Source: Octopus vulgaris
Taxonomy: Eukaryota
Direction of reading: 5' to 3'
DNA length: 64,000 nucleotides
Assembly (NCBI GenBank): GCA_951406725.2
Contig: OX597816.1
Location: 138,508,001 to 138,572,000, forward strand
Shown: in pieces, positions 27,719 to 42,462 of the stretch
Layout: each line of letters opens with the position of its first letter
Position numbering within the stretch: position 1 is the stretch's first letter
The notes under the pieces: generated by a model
The model's database searches: none
The model's input: the letters and a program-made list of their open reading frames with translations, nothing else
What the model was told of the DNA's origin: nothing
Position numbers and translations under genes: made by a program

Positions 27719-27771
27719 GCATAAAATAACTCACATAATTAAAATGACCGAAGTGATAACCAATCGAAGCC

Positions 27772-27803
<32 letters not shown>

Positions 27804-27811
27804 TACATATA

Positions 27812-28110
27812 GTGGAGGCGCAATGGCCCAGGGACTAGGGCAGCAGACTCAATGTCGTGGGGTCGCGTTTTCGATTCCTATACCGGCCGTTGTGAGTGTT
27901 TATTGACCGAAAACACCTAAGGCTCCACGAGCCTCCGGCAGGGGATTGTGACGAACCCTGCTGTACTCTTTCCCCACAACTTTCTCTCACTCTTTGTTTC
28001 TGTTTTACCTGTATTTCAATGGGCCAGCCTTGTCACACAGTGTCACCCTAAATCTCCCCGAGAACTACGTTAAGGGTACACGTGTCTGTTGAATGCACGT
28101 CAGATACTGG
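27812..28110 (+). mobile_element. SINE family T copy
   Basis: GGAGGCGCAATGGCCCAG head, family body, distinct tail. Confidence 0.85.
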
Positions 28111-28127
28111 GAGGAAACGGCAAAAAA

Positions 28128-28362
28128 CAGACCACCCTGGAAAACCACCATCCATGAGGGAACGGCGACTTTCGAGTCGAAAAGGTCTGCAGAGCTGGAG
28201 GAGAAAAGACGACGACGGAAGGAGCGCCAACAACAACCACGTGCGACTCTCCCTTCCGGCACTAGATGTCCGCACTGCGACCGATCTTTTCAAGCAAGAA
28301 TTGGTCTTATCGGTCACCTAAGGACTCACCAGTAAATTTGCGCGAAGACCATCATCCTCGAC
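28128..28362 (+). mobile_element. RTE (BovB-like) LINE 3' end with C2H2 zinc finger
   Basis: RPPWKTTIHEG...EEKRRRRKER...CPHCDRSFQARIGLIGHLRTHQ* is a typical RTE ORF C-terminus followed by a short 3'UTR. Confidence 0.85.
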
Positions 28363-28728
28363 CTTACCAGTGACATGGTTCTGTGTTCAGACCCACTACG
28401 TAGCGCCTTGGGCAAATGTCCTCTACTGTAGCCTCGGGCCGACCAAAACCTTGTGAGTGGATTTGGTAGAAGGAAACTGAAAGAAGTCTGTCGTATATGT
28501 GTGTGTGTGTTTTTCTGTTTGCCCCCACCCCCAAAAACAACAAAACATCGCTTGGCAACCGATGCTGGTGTGTTTACGTCCCCGTAACATAACAGTTCGG
28601 CAAAAGACAGCGATAGGATAAGTTCTAGCGATAGGATAAAGTATAATTCCTGATTTGCTCGACTAAATGCGGTGCTCCAGCATGGCCGCAGTCAAATGAC
28701 TGAAACGAATAAAAGAATATATATATGC

Positions 28729-28784
<56 letters not shown>

Positions 28785-28937
28785 CGAGCTTCTTTCAGTT
28801 TCCGTCCACCAAATACACTCACAAAGCTTTGGTCGGCCCTGAGGTTATGGTACAAGACACTTGCCCAAGGTGAACTGAGAACCATGTTGTTGGGAAGCGA
28901 GCTTCTTACCCCGCATTCACATGTGTTTGTGTTTGCG

Positions 28938-29018
<81 letters not shown>

Positions 29019-29555
29019 AAGCGCATGCATTTTATACGTATATATACGTACGTACGACTGTATATGATAATCACACAATGAGTATATGTGTATCCGAGCG
29101 CGTGCGTGAGAGCCCCGGACGCGCGCAAATGTATGTATATATGTGTGTGTGTGGGTGTGGGTGTACATACTCATAGACACGCAGCGTGTTTTATTTAGCT
29201 GTAAAATGATACTCCTATGGTTAATCATGTGACAAGCCAGTTCGCCTGGTGCTGCCCTTCCTCGGCTGTCAAATTTAATAATATCTCACCGCAAATATAA
29301 GAATTGTTCCCATACCCCACGGGAAGTCAGCTTGAAGCAATGTCTAAAGTGTAACCATTTACTTGTGGCATTCTGACACAAGAACATAAATATCACAGTT
29401 GCCGCCACAAGAGACGTCTAAGACTTATCATTGCTGCTTCAGACGAAAATCTATTCATAAATATAGCGTTTTAATACTGTTATTCTGCTGTAGCGTAACT
29501 GGCGTAAGAGAGGGGGAGAGAGAGAGAGAGAGAGGGGGAGAGAGAGAGAGAGGGG

Positions 29556-29590
<35 letters not shown>

Positions 29591-29688
29591 GCACACAAAC
29601 AAACAAAAGGAAAGAGGAGATAAAAAAGAAAGACAAAGAACATACATGTGTGTGTGCGTGTGCATATTTACATGTATTTAAATATGCT

Positions 29689-29727
<39 letters not shown>

Positions 29728-29824
29728 CTGTGTATGTGTGTGTGTATGTGTGTGTACGTATATATATATACACACATACATATATATATATTTATACACT
29801 CATATATATATATATATATATATA

Positions 29825-30070
29825 TCACGTGATCACGTGACCGACCAGACCATCAGATGTTGTTACACATCGCTGGTCACAATGCGTTCGCATTGTTTTA
29901 GCCTTCGAATGACGCCACCCCGCTGGCTAAGCGAGCAGGCCAACAGAAGAAAGAGTAGGAGAAAGAGTGGTGAAAGGGTACAGCTGGGATCACCACCCCC
30001 TGCTTTTAGGTGTTTTCGCTCAATAAACACTCACAACGCCCGGTCTGGGAATCGAAACCGCGATCCTACG
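29825..30070 (-). mobile_element. SINE family T copy in (TA)n
   Basis: Reverse complement of the 3108-3390 type. Confidence 0.88.
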
Positions 30071-30136
30071 GTTATATATATATAACCGCAAATGAACAAG
30101 CACAGACATAATATATAAACATTTGCGCGTCTGTGC

Positions 30137-30270
<134 letters not shown>

Positions 30271-30822
30271 GCCGCTCTCTCACTCTCCCTCTCTCTCTCT
30301 TCATATACACTCACACACAACACATTCAGACACATACATACACACATAAGCATGTATGTATACATTTAATAAAACATATATAAACATAAATAACATTGTG
30401 TATAGCAATCACTGAGTACGTATATGCGTCCGTGAGTGTGCATGAAGGCGTGTGACTTGGTACTTAGGCCGTTACCCTAACGAACATAAGGCTGTGAGTT
30501 GGAGTCCACCACCAGACGGTGCGCTTTGTCTCTAAACAAGGCACAGGATTTTATTCAGCTAAATATGAATGCTAGCTTAGTGCTGGTGCAGCTCTCAATA
30601 ATCCCATCTGTTAGATCTTCATTGTTCCGTTGAGTCAAATTGTGGGAGGGCCTAGTGAATTTCAGTGCTTGCACGGGGGTTAAATACGCACATATAACAA
30701 GAGGGGATAACATGGTACATGCCACTATTCATACCTGTTTATCAGTGGCGGCTGTGTCTGTTGACATTAACGCGCGCACCCAACTCTCTCTTTCTCTTTC
30801 TCATACGCGCGCACAAACGTAC

Positions 30823-30903
<81 letters not shown>

Positions 30904-31253
30904 CACATACACACACACACATCTGAGTTTGTATGGTTGTGTGTAGAAGAATATACTAAGCAATGAACTTCCAACTTAGTGTGATTTTCACGTTTAATTA
31001 TTTGCTATCTTTTACAATTTTACAATTTTATAATAGTAAAATAAACTAGTACTCATCCCCCACACACACACACACACATACATATACATAACAGGCATGG
31101 TTATGTAATAATGCTTCCCAACCTCATAGTTTTGTGTTCAGTTCCACTGCGTACCACCTTTAATAAGTGTCTTCCACAATAACCCCGGGCTGACCAAAGC
31201 TTTTTGAAAAGATCTGGTTGGCAGAAACTGAAGGAAACACGTCGTCTATATAC

Positions 31254-31323
<70 letters not shown>

Positions 31324-31419
31324 CGGGAAGCTTTATGAAAATAAACAAAAGACGAAGGCAGGTGGAATACAAACAAACAATTGTATTAGTATGGCGCTCA
31401 GGAATATAAATAAAACAAG

Positions 31420-31457
31420 TCTTTTACGTTTCGAGCCTACGCTCTTCAACAGAAAGA
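31420..31457 (-). ncRNA. Minimal hammerhead variant (CUGUUGA core)
   Basis: TCTTT-CTGTTGA-A-GAGC(GTAG)GCTC-GAAAC-GTA-AAAGA; host element 3' end abuts (TA)n at 31321. Confidence 0.7.
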
Positions 31458-31554
31458 TACACAGAAAAGAAACACGGAGAGAAACAAGGAGAGATCAAAA
31501 ATGAGAGAGTGCTTGTGTTTGTATTAGTGTTTCAGCCACCACCACCGCTGTATG

Positions 31555-31586
<32 letters not shown>

Positions 31587-32288
31587 TGTATGTATGTATG
31601 TATGTATGTATGTATGTATGTATGTATGCATGTATGTATATGAGCAGAAAACGTAATTACAAATACACACCATAATTTCACATATACATACATACTAATA
31701 GCAGAAATACTCAATATATGATATATAATAGGGAGCGTCTTCTAGAAATAGCCAAGTCTCCCTCAAATTGCACTCCCAATAAAAATCATATTTTGAATAA
31801 TTTAATCACATATGTACTATTCCTAAAAATATGACGGTGTAGACACGGCTGGAACACCTTTGATCAAAAACCTACTAGACAAAAGCTGACCTGAGGTGAA
31901 AAGCAACATCAACTGCTTATTGATAGTGAGAGATATATAAGTAGAGTTTTTATACGCACCTGCCAATGACAGAGTGATTATGTCAAATTGTATGTATGTA
32001 CTTACGCATGCGGGTATGTATGTAAGTATGTATGCATGTATGTATTTTATATGTATTCATCTACGTACGACGTACTATGTATGTATGCATGTATGTACGT
32101 ACGCACATGTGAATGAATTAATGAATGAATGAATGAATGTGTATATGCTTGAGTGTTTGTTTGTAAATATGTGTGTGCTTGTATGTTTGTAAACATGTAT
32201 GTATGCGTTTGTATCTAATTGAGTGTTTGCATGTGTTTCAAGTTTCAGTGTTGTTCGTTAGGGTTCCATTCGACAGCCGTACACTCAC

Positions 32289-32346
32289 CGCTGTATTGCT
32301 TGCGTAGACAGCACCATTCACTGAACACGGTTTGATCTCGATTTTT
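32289..32346 (-). CDS. Candidate 58-nt exon (KIEIKPCSVNGAVYASNTA)
   Basis: TTCATTCAG acceptor, GTGAGT donor, open frame phase-compatible with candidate exon 50764-50926; no homology check possible. Confidence 0.22.
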
Positions 32347-33387
32347 CTGAATGAATGATGGAACAGTAGGTAGCTATCTTGGAAAGGAAGGAAGAAGGTA
32401 AATGGTATTTCTATTGTATATCACAGACATCATTTGGTACGTCATATTACGGATATGACAAGCAAATAAAATAGATTTGCAAAAGGTAAATTCTACTATC
32501 GTACCTTCCGGATATTGTCAGAGTTGTTGGCAATACTATAATGATGTGTTTAGTTTGACATGAGACATAGCTGTGATCATGTCATATTCAACACATTCAT
32601 TGTCTGTTGGTTTTTGTAAGTAGAAGCGGTTAATGAGTTGTAGTATGAGGAGGTAGGAGGCTTTCTGTTATTTCCTCGCTAAATTTGGCCAACATTGAAA
32701 GATTGATGATCGGATTCTGAAAAAAGAGTGTTTTGTATGCACTTAAATTAGTACTCTCGCGCTTGTGTATGTGTGTGTGTGCGCGCGCGCGCATGACCTG
32801 ATACCTAAGAAGTTTTCTTGGTGCTCATGAGGTCTCAACTCTATAGAAAGAGCGTTTTGTATGCATTTGAATAAGCGCGCGCGTGTGTGTATGTGTGTGT
32901 GTGTGCTTGCAGGCATGAGCAAATAACTAAGATGTTTTCTTGGTACTCATGTGGTTCTGGTTTCGATCCAACTTCGTGGCATATTAAGTCCTTTACCATA
33001 ACCTAGAGTAAACCCTAAAACTTTGGGAGTGTTGTTTAGTAGACAAAAGAAGCAGTTGGAAGCGCGGTTGGAAGGGCTGTAACTCTAATTCTAAGTTCTA
33101 GATTTGTCACACACCGTCACGTCACACTGGTTTTTGCTGATGATTACATTAAGCGTACACTTACTATTGGGTTACTTTTACTTACAAAACCTTTCAGTGG
33201 ATCCAACAACTGCAATAGTCAAGTTGAGACCAACGGAGATCAATTTAAATTCACTCGTCTGAGTGTGTAGTGTCTGTGTGTCTGTGTGTGTGTGTGTGTG
33301 TGTGGAAGCATGTGGTAAGTGTATATGTGCGTGTATGTGTGCAAGCATGTGCTTATTTCTACGCCTATTTGTGTTTGTTTGGGTGTG

Positions 33388-33426
33388 TATTATTATTATC
33401 ATTATTATTATTATTATTATTATTAT

Positions 33427-33489
<63 letters not shown>

Positions 33490-33562
33490 TGGTGGTGGTG
33501 GTGGTGGAGGTGGTGGTGGTGGTAGTAGTAGTAGTATTAGTAGTAGTAGTAGTAGTAGCAGC

Positions 33563-33625
<63 letters not shown>
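33388..33625. repeat. Compound (TTA)n(TAG)n(TGG)n microsatellite
   Basis: Direct reading. Confidence 0.97.
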
Positions 33626-33626
<1 letters not shown>

Positions 33627-34869
33627 AAAACTGCTTTCAGCTAACAGACGTGTGTGTATGTATGTAGGCATACATTTCTGATAACTGTTCATGGCACATT
33701 CGTTCTTGTGCATATTTATCATGAGGAAAATATGGTGCTTCCAAACAGCTCTTTTATCTTCTGTAATGCAAATTCTCGGCGCTGAAACTTAATTGATGTT
33801 GACGCCCTATTGCGTATCGTCCAATGCTATAAAGGTGCCGCAGATACGAGCAAAAAGTCAATGATTTTCAACTAAAGCTGCACGCCATTAACCCACGTTC
33901 ACTGATTCAATATAGCATGGATGTCTACGTAAAACATGTAAAAACTACGGAAGAATTTTTTGCCATACTGTATCAACCCTTCATCCAATGTGTAACTTCA
34001 AACAGTTAGTTATAGGAAGCGGAAAATGAACAGCCAGTAGAACCGAAAAACTTCTTCAAAACACATTGAATCTCACAGCATTCATCATGTTCTCCCACGC
34101 ATTGTAGCGTCCACTTATATTAGACAATTTATTACATTTCAGCGACAATGCCAGAGAGAAAACTTGATGGCAACTTGGTTCTGTTACTTGAGTTTGCAAA
34201 ATTGTATATTCTCCTTGTGCTCCTTGAACAAGTTTTTCTATGGATCAAACCACTATCAAAGATACAGCTATCTTCGTGGGATGAGAATGCGGCAAACGAA
34301 CCGAGTGCCGAGTTGAATTGATGACTTTTGTAGTGTGCGAAACTGATAACAACGAAGGCATTTAATATACTAAGTTACTAAAACTACTGAAGTTTGGGAG
34401 GAGACAAATTAGCGAGGCACACTGTCAAGCATCTGTGGGCCCTGTTGTTAACAAGGTTGCCGGCAGCCATCCGACAAGTAGAGAAGCGATATTTTTGCTC
34501 TTTTTGTTGTGTTTTATTTTTTTCTTTTATTATGAGACCTTCATTCAAGTTTCAGATTAGATATGCCCAGAACATTGATACTGCTTTTTAGCAATATCAT
34601 CAAAAGTTGAATCCTAAAAACATCATATTTTTGTTTCGCAACAAAAACACTGAAACAGAATTGCTTTGTGCTTTATTAAAACTCGCAGCAAACAGAAACA
34701 GACACTACTATCTTCCATGTCTCATTCTATTTATTTAATGTTATCTTGAAATTATATTGAGGAGCCACTTTCTATTTGATTTATTATAGAAAAATAAACT
34801 TATATTATTGCTTATGTAAAAACTTTGTTTCCCCTCATACTTTCCTGATCGAATCTTGTCTGGGTTGAA

Positions 34870-35700
34870 ACAGTAGTAAAAGCTGCTTTGACTGGCGCCA
34901 TGAAGGCTTCGAAAAAGAAGCCATCGAATAGATAACAGACTCTGTTTTAAAGAGAAAGGAGAACAACAATATATACATAGAGGAAGCTAAAAATATCCTA
35001 AGCAAAGAAAAATAAGCGGGACTACAAAGCCGTGCTAAACCAAAAGCAAGGAAAGCTCTTACATGACCAATACTTGAAAAACGAGGGAGGAAATAGATTA
35101 CGGAAAACCTCACTAGTTCCTGAAAAGTGACCGAATAAAACTAAGACTGATGAATTTCTTTTACAGCGGCACAAAAATCAAAGAGTTTCAGCCAGAAATC
35201 ACCATGAGCATGTTATGAAACAGAATATGTTAAGTACTTACAGAATGTTTTGAGATTGATTGCAGACAGTTAATCGTATTGCCTTTGGTTAGATTGTCTA
35301 AGCCAGGAGTTAATATATCTACAACCACGACAGAGTTCTTTTTATGCATTGGAAGTTATATCAACATTATAAAATAATAACACAAAGGGGGCGGTATAAT
35401 CAGACACTAGAACAGATATGAGTCTGACAAAGCAAATATTTTCTGGTATAACCCTAGCTATACTGACAGAGAGATCAAGGTTAATCGACCGGATATAGTT
35501 ATGAAATACCACCCACAAAATGGCTTCCTACTCGAAATATCAGTCCCAACAGATTTGAAGTATGTCGCAGCAAACAATAATGTAACTCTAAAAAGAAATG
35601 TAAACGTTAACACTTTGTAAACCTATCAAGAGAAACTGAGATAAAAATGAATGTGGGAATATATAACATGTGCCTTGGGAATGAATAAAAAAAATCACAG
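34870..35700 (+). mobile_element. R4/Dong-like non-LTR retrotransposon 3' fragment (RLE endonuclease), highly decayed
   Basis: IFWYNPSYTDREIKVNRPDIVMK...LLEISVPTD resembles the TD..I..NRPDIV...DVSVP.D RLE motif; upstream remnants of LHGQY- and RHD-like motifs. Confidence 0.75.
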
Positions 35701-35959
35701 ACAAATATGTAACCAAATCATATATGCTTCACATGTAGACAACATGTGGGAAATAAAAAAAAACAATAATAAGCATTTCACATATATTTTCTAAAATATT
35801 TTCAATGCAATTAAAACGCAAAATCAAAATAAAACACTGCTCATTTCCAAGGCGAACAGACCTGCACCTGAGGGAAATGAATGCACGCAATAAAAATAAA
35901 ACTGCTGAATTATGATGATAGCGATTACGATCAAGATGGTGATGATTATAATAATAATC

Positions 35960-36360
35960 TTTTCTTCTATAGGCACAAGGCAGGAAATTTGTTGGTGGGG
36001 GGAATATAGTCGAATACATCGACCCAGTACTCAACTGGTACTTAATTTATCGACACCGAAAGGATGTATGGCAAAGTCGACCTCGGCGGAATTTGAACTC
36101 AGAACGTAGCGGCAGACGAAATACCTATTTCTTTACTACCCACAAGGGGCTAAACACAGAGAGGACAAACAAGGACAGACAAACGGATTAAGTCGGTTAT
36201 ATCGACCCCAGTGCGTAACTGGTACTTATTTAATCGACCCCGAAAGGATGAAACGCAAAGTCGACCTTGCCGGAAATTGAACTCAGAACGTAGTGGCAGA
36301 CAAAACACCGCGAAGCATTTCGGCCGGGCGTGCAAATGATTCTGCCAGCTGGCCGCTCCT
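35960..36360 (-). mobile_element. SINE family M dimer
   Basis: Two cores with the same recurrent junction. Confidence 0.88.
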
Positions 36361-36594
36361 AGAGTCGGAGAAAATACTGCAAGGCAATATTTCCAACAAT
36401 TCAATAATTCTGAAATACTCTACTCTAACAAATCTGAAGACAAAAAAAAGAAAAACAAAATAAAATTTGTCCAGTTCTCGTATTCACACTCCTCTAAGCG
36501 CTCTCTGAAGTCCAGTTATCGGAAATTTGCGATAAACATTTTATGATTATGTTACACGGAAGAAACTCACCTAATATATGTATATATTATATAC

Positions 36595-36668
<74 letters not shown>

Positions 36669-36695
36669 ATTATATATATAAATGTATATATATAT

Positions 36696-36747
<52 letters not shown>

Positions 36748-36758
36748 TATATGTATGT

Positions 36759-36789
<31 letters not shown>

Positions 36790-36792
<3 letters not shown>

Positions 36793-37715
36793 TGAGACCC
36801 CCTTCGGTCACGACTGACCATGAGAGTGCACCTAGAAAGTTACTCTCCGAGGCACAAGTCCGGGCAAGGTTGTTTATGGAAGACCTGCAGTCGCCCATGC
36901 ATACCGGCTCACCTCTCCACGCTACTAGTTTTATCCAAGGGAAAGGCAGATACAGCTTGGCACCTGAGACGTCGCAACTCATTTCTACAGCTGAGTGAAT
37001 TGGAGCAACGTGAAATAAAGTGTCTTGCTCAAGAACACAACGAGCAACCCGGTCCGGGATTCGAACTCACAACCTCGCGATCGTAAGCTCGACACTCTAA
37101 CCACTGAGCCATGTGTATCAGAACTCTAAGTGTACATCTTTATTGACTCGAAATGGTGGAAGGTAAAATTGACCTGGTATGAGCACAGAATACCGAAACA
37201 TATCGGAAGGTAATCCATCGAACACGTTAATGAATGTCTCCATCAAATTTGTACACACGCACAAACACGCAAACACACACACGATCACAGAAAAATAGAC
37301 TAGATTATTGTAGGACAACCAAAAAGTCGGCAAATGGTGCTATCAAAAAGACTGCATACTGATTCACATATTTACTATTTTTTGTGTAAGTTTCCCTGCT
37401 TCTTATATTACAAATGTGAAGGCACATACTTCAGTGGTTAGAGCGTCGGGTTCACAATCATGAGATAGTGAGTTTGATTCCCGGACCGGGCTGTGAGTTG
37501 TGTTCTTGAGAAAGCCACTTTATTTCACGTTGCTCCAGTTCACTCAGCTGAAGAAATGATGCCAATTGTAGAAATGGTGCCAAGCTGTAATCGGCCTTTC
37601 CCTTGAATAAGATCGGTGGCAAGGGCACTGCTGGTCTTCTATAAGCCACCTTGCTCGGACTTGTGCCTTTCTAGGTGTAATCCCATGATCATTCATGACC
37701 GAAGAGGGTCTTTAC
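36790..37715. mobile_element. Head-to-head pair of tRNA SINEs (36790-37115 -, 37420-37715 +)
   Basis: CAGTGGTTAGAG A-box, GAGTT.GA.TCCC B-box, TTCTTGAG.AAG.CACTTTATTTCACGTTGCTCCA body, shared TGACCGAAG.GGGTC tail; related head at 56918-57200. Confidence 0.85.
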
Positions 37716-38695
37716 TTTTTTAAATTACAAATATAATGTCCTCCATGCCTCTGCATCAGTAAGTTGCATATCCTTTCATCTAGAACAATCAAACAGATCT
37801 GGTTTTTCCATCGCGTTTACCATGCTGTAAGTGAATTTTCAGTCTTTTGAAACTGACTCTATAACTTACTCCGCTTACATGTTTTCTTAGAGCTACTGAA
37901 ACAGAATATCGACATAAAACCGCCAAATTATCAGTCAAGGAAGGCCTTCAGAAGTCATAGTCGCTACAGAATTAAGCAAGGCCTTCAAAAGTGAAGAACA
38001 CTCGTGGAGTGGGGGTAATATCACTAACCTAGTATAACAATGGGAATCTATACAAACAAATACATATTCAAACACATATATGTGAGGAATATATAAGAAC
38101 AATAATAAGTTTTGAAAGTAACATAAATTTATATACACATGCACCCACATACGCACTCACATACACTCACATGTGTGTGTGCTAAAGTTTTAGCATGAAA
38201 GGCAAATATTTCTATGAGTATTTTTGCAAATGCAAAAATATGTTTTCACATAAATGTTTTCATACGTTTATGAATTATTTTGCAAGATTTCATATAACGG
38301 TTTTTCTGTAAAGATATAAATGCACGTTTTCTCTAGGTGAGTTTTAAACATCCCCGCCACCACACACTCACGACAAAAGAGAGTCTCATATTACTGGAAA
38401 GTTTTTGTATAATAAAAAGTAAGACAAAATGTTATAGTGCATATTTTCGTGCATAGTTTAGTGTATATTGTATTCAACATATATAAATATGGGTTATGGA
38501 TCATAAGGCCAAATAATAAAAATTTTGAATGCAAGCAATAACGAAAATCCCAAAGCTGAAAGCAGTAAAATCAATTTGTCAGAACTCCAGTTTTTTGGGG
38601 GTTTTGTTTAATAACAAAAACAGTCTTCAATGCTATTTATTTGCAATTATGAAATAGAATATATTTTAGAAACATATCCAAACATAAGCAACGTA

Positions 38696-38900
38696 GCTCG
38701 TTAGAAATTCTCTATAAGAGATGAAAGTAGTAACTATACTGAGAAGAAATGTTTATCGTCACTCCAATATCGCTGTTCGACCGTTTTTAACCCCAGGAAG
38801 AGCCTTATCCAGCTGGTTATCGATACAATCTGCACCCGATGAACATTACTTCTCAGTATAGTTAATACTTCCATCTCTTATGGAGATTTTCTAACAAGCT
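38696..38900. repeat. Imperfect inverted repeat, ~63-bp arms
   Basis: GCTCGTTAGAAATTCTCTATAAGAGATG... versus ...CATCTCTTATGGAGATTTTCTAACAAGC. Confidence 0.8.
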
Positions 38901-39418
38901 AGTTTACTAGTTGCGAGATCAGTGACTGGTTGTCACTTATGTTTCTAAATATTGCGAGCTGGAGCGTACTACTGCTATCTCTCTCCGACAGGTGTCGATC
39001 ACTGAGGATAAGTACAAATAGCTCGAAACCCCGTCGTCGCAGGAATATGGTGAGAGGTTCGCTGTCCTGCTTGCAATGTATATTGGGCTCAGATTGCATC
39101 GACCACCAGCTGGAGGAGGCGTCCTCCTGGTGTTAAAAACGGTAGCATTGTTGGTTCATATTGAAGAGGCGATGAACATTACTATTCAAGCATATTTTCG
39201 TCAAAAACCAAAGCGTATAGTAGAGATAGAATATGGAAGACAATCGAAAACGGAAGCGGTTTCAAAATTTGGTATTTTTATCGGGTATTTATCTTTTATC
39301 TTTTACTTGTTTCAGCCATCAGGGGCACCACTTGAAGGGTTTTTAGTCGAATGAATCGACCCCAATATTCTTATTTCTAGCAATGGTGGTGCTAGCTAGT
39401 ACCTTACGCACATTAGTG

Positions 39419-39532
<114 letters not shown>

Positions 39533-39744
39533 CTATATGTATATGTATATATGTATATATATATATATATTTAAATAATGAGGGAGATAAATTAATATTA
39601 ATTTTAATATCAATTTAAAATCAGTAGTCTAGCATACAAAAAAAATCTGAGAAGTCCCCTAATGTAATCGGTAAAACTAAGCACGTGTCTGTCTTGGCAC
39701 AGAAAGCTGGGGTTAGTTTTTTCAAATTGCATTTACACTGAACG

Positions 39745-39821
39745 ATTGTACTGATGAAGCCACGGACATTTGAATTATCTAAGTAATTCTTTTGTTAAAG
39801 GCCGAAACCGAGGTATGCAAT
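39745..39821 (+). ncRNA. Type-I hammerhead ribozyme
   Basis: ATTGTA-CTGATGA-AGCC...GGCC-GAAAC-CGAG-GTA-TGCAAT; 6-bp stem I with one G-U pair; element runs into (TA)n at about 39980. Confidence 0.75.
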
Positions 39822-39976
39822 TAATTCTGTTTTTATATAAATTTTCATGTGTCCTGCCCGCCAAATTTGGTTCTGGTGTTCGCTGAATTTTTCCTCTAGA
39901 GAACTTTCTTTGTAGTTTGATCGTTGATGATCTATTTCTAGCATACGGCCGACTACCTAGCAGTCTTGCCCTGCCA

Positions 39977-40075
<99 letters not shown>

Positions 40076-40174
40076 TATATAATATTAATTCGAGACAAAA
40101 CCACTATTTTGCAAAACAAACAAGGAAAGACTTAATCAATACATAAAAATTTTTTAATATAAAGAAATAAACCG

Positions 40175-40217
40175 CCACTACAATCGTTTCATGTCTTCAA
40201 TGACATTCGTCAGGTGG
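40175..40217 (-). ncRNA. Type-I hammerhead ribozyme, canonical core
   Basis: CCAC-CTGACGA-ATGTC(ATTGAA)GACAT-GAAAC-GATT-GTA-GTGG: all core bases and three stems present. Confidence 0.85.
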
Positions 40218-40665
40218 ATTTTCGATCTAAAATATCAATATATTAAAATATAAGTTTAAAATAATAAAATTATCAATGAAAAATATAAATATATATAATC
40301 TATATATAATCTATATATAATCAATATATAATCTAAAATAAACCCTATAAACAATTGAATATAAAGAAACCTATTATTAAAGTTCTCATATTTAAAGATG
40401 TACAAAAAACAAAAAACAAAAAACAAAAAAAAACAAAAACAAAAAACAAAAAACAAAAAACAAAAAACAAAAAATATATATTTATTTATTTCATCTATAT
40501 ATTTCATTTATATATATATTTATTTATTTCATCACGAACTGTGGCCATGCTGGGGCACCGCATATATATATATAACGTGTTTGTGTGTGTGTTTCCATAT
40601 AAATATGTACACACTGAAAGAGAGAGAGACAATAGATGGGAGGATCCAAGGGAACAAACAGACGG

Positions 40666-40696
<31 letters not shown>

Positions 40697-40713
40697 CATA
40701 TATATGTATATTT

Positions 40714-40746
<33 letters not shown>

Positions 40747-41180
40747 CATACACACACACGTACACATACACATATACATATGTTTCACTCATTAGAAAAC
40801 AGCCGTGCTGGGGCACAGGCCTTGAAGGATTTTTTTATCAAATGAATCGACTCTAGTTCTTATTTTTTAAACCTAGTACTTTTCCTCTTTTCTTTTGTTT
40901 TCAGAACCGCTGTGGTACGAGAACATAAACACACCAACAGCGGTCTTCAAGTGGTGGAGGAGGTCAAACGCAAACACAAAGACACGCACTTAGATATATA
41001 TATATATATACGAGAGGATTTTTTTCAGTTTCCGTCAACCAATTTCACTCACAAAGCTTTGGTCGGCCCGAGGTTATAGCATAAGGCAATTGCCCAAAGT
41101 GCCACGCAGTGAGATTGAATGCAGAACCATGTGGTTGGGAAGCAAGCTTCTTAGTACCTTACCACGCTGGCACGCGTACT

Positions 41181-41276
<96 letters not shown>

Positions 41277-41319
41277 CATACATATATATGTATATGCATG
41301 TATGTATGTATAAGCGTTT

Positions 41320-41376
<57 letters not shown>

Positions 41377-41956
41377 TGTGTATGTGTGTGTGCAAAGAAG
41401 TATTGATTGTATCGCTATATATCTGTCATATCTCAAAAAGAGATTACGAAACCCCATAAAATATTATTTTAAACAACGGATCTTGCTTGAGACAAAAGTA
41501 TTCGCACCACTTCATTTTATATAAACGTATCTATAATACGATGGGTATTTACACACACACTGTTCCTCACTCAAGCACATCTATACACACAAACATATAT
41601 GTCATAACATATACGTATATATATATGTGTGTGTGTGTGTATGTATGTACATATATAAACGTGTTATTCATTGGAATGTACTCATTCCTCTGTATTTATG
41701 AATGCTTGTATTTGTGATTGTAATTCCATGTATGTACATCCATATGTAAGATTTTAATATATAAATGCTGTTACGGACATAGATATTGCTGTATTGACAC
41801 GCAGAATCTGATATTTACTTATATATAATTATAGCACATGTATAGCATACAACCATTCATATCCGTATACATAAATACATTCATACATGAATGCATATAT
41901 ATAACATATGAGTATTATTCATGCATAAATATATGTATACATATTTCTATCTCTCC

Positions 41957-41990
<34 letters not shown>

Positions 41991-42048
41991 ATATCTATCT
42001 ATCTATCTATCTATCTAGCTATCTATCTCTCTCTCTATATATATGTAT

Positions 42049-42130
<82 letters not shown>

Positions 42131-42159
42131 ATATGTATATTTACATATATATATATATA

Positions 42160-42205
<46 letters not shown>

Positions 42206-42269
42206 TATATCGAGAGAGAGAGAGAGAGCGAGAGTGCGAGAAAGATAAACAGAGACAGACATATTAAGC

Positions 42270-42326
<57 letters not shown>

Positions 42327-42425
42327 GAATATAAATATACATACTTATACACTCCTACACAAATACATACATAAGTATATGTATTTATGTATGTATGTAT
42401 GTATGTATGTATGTATGTATGTATG

Positions 42426-42462
<37 letters not shown>

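Noticed and set aside
28093-28335. Host C2H2 zinc-finger gene
   Set aside because: Single finger in the typical context of an RTE LINE C-terminus, wedged between SINEs
33740-34600. Complex-looking segment, perhaps an old transposon
   Set aside because: No recognisable motif in any frame I read
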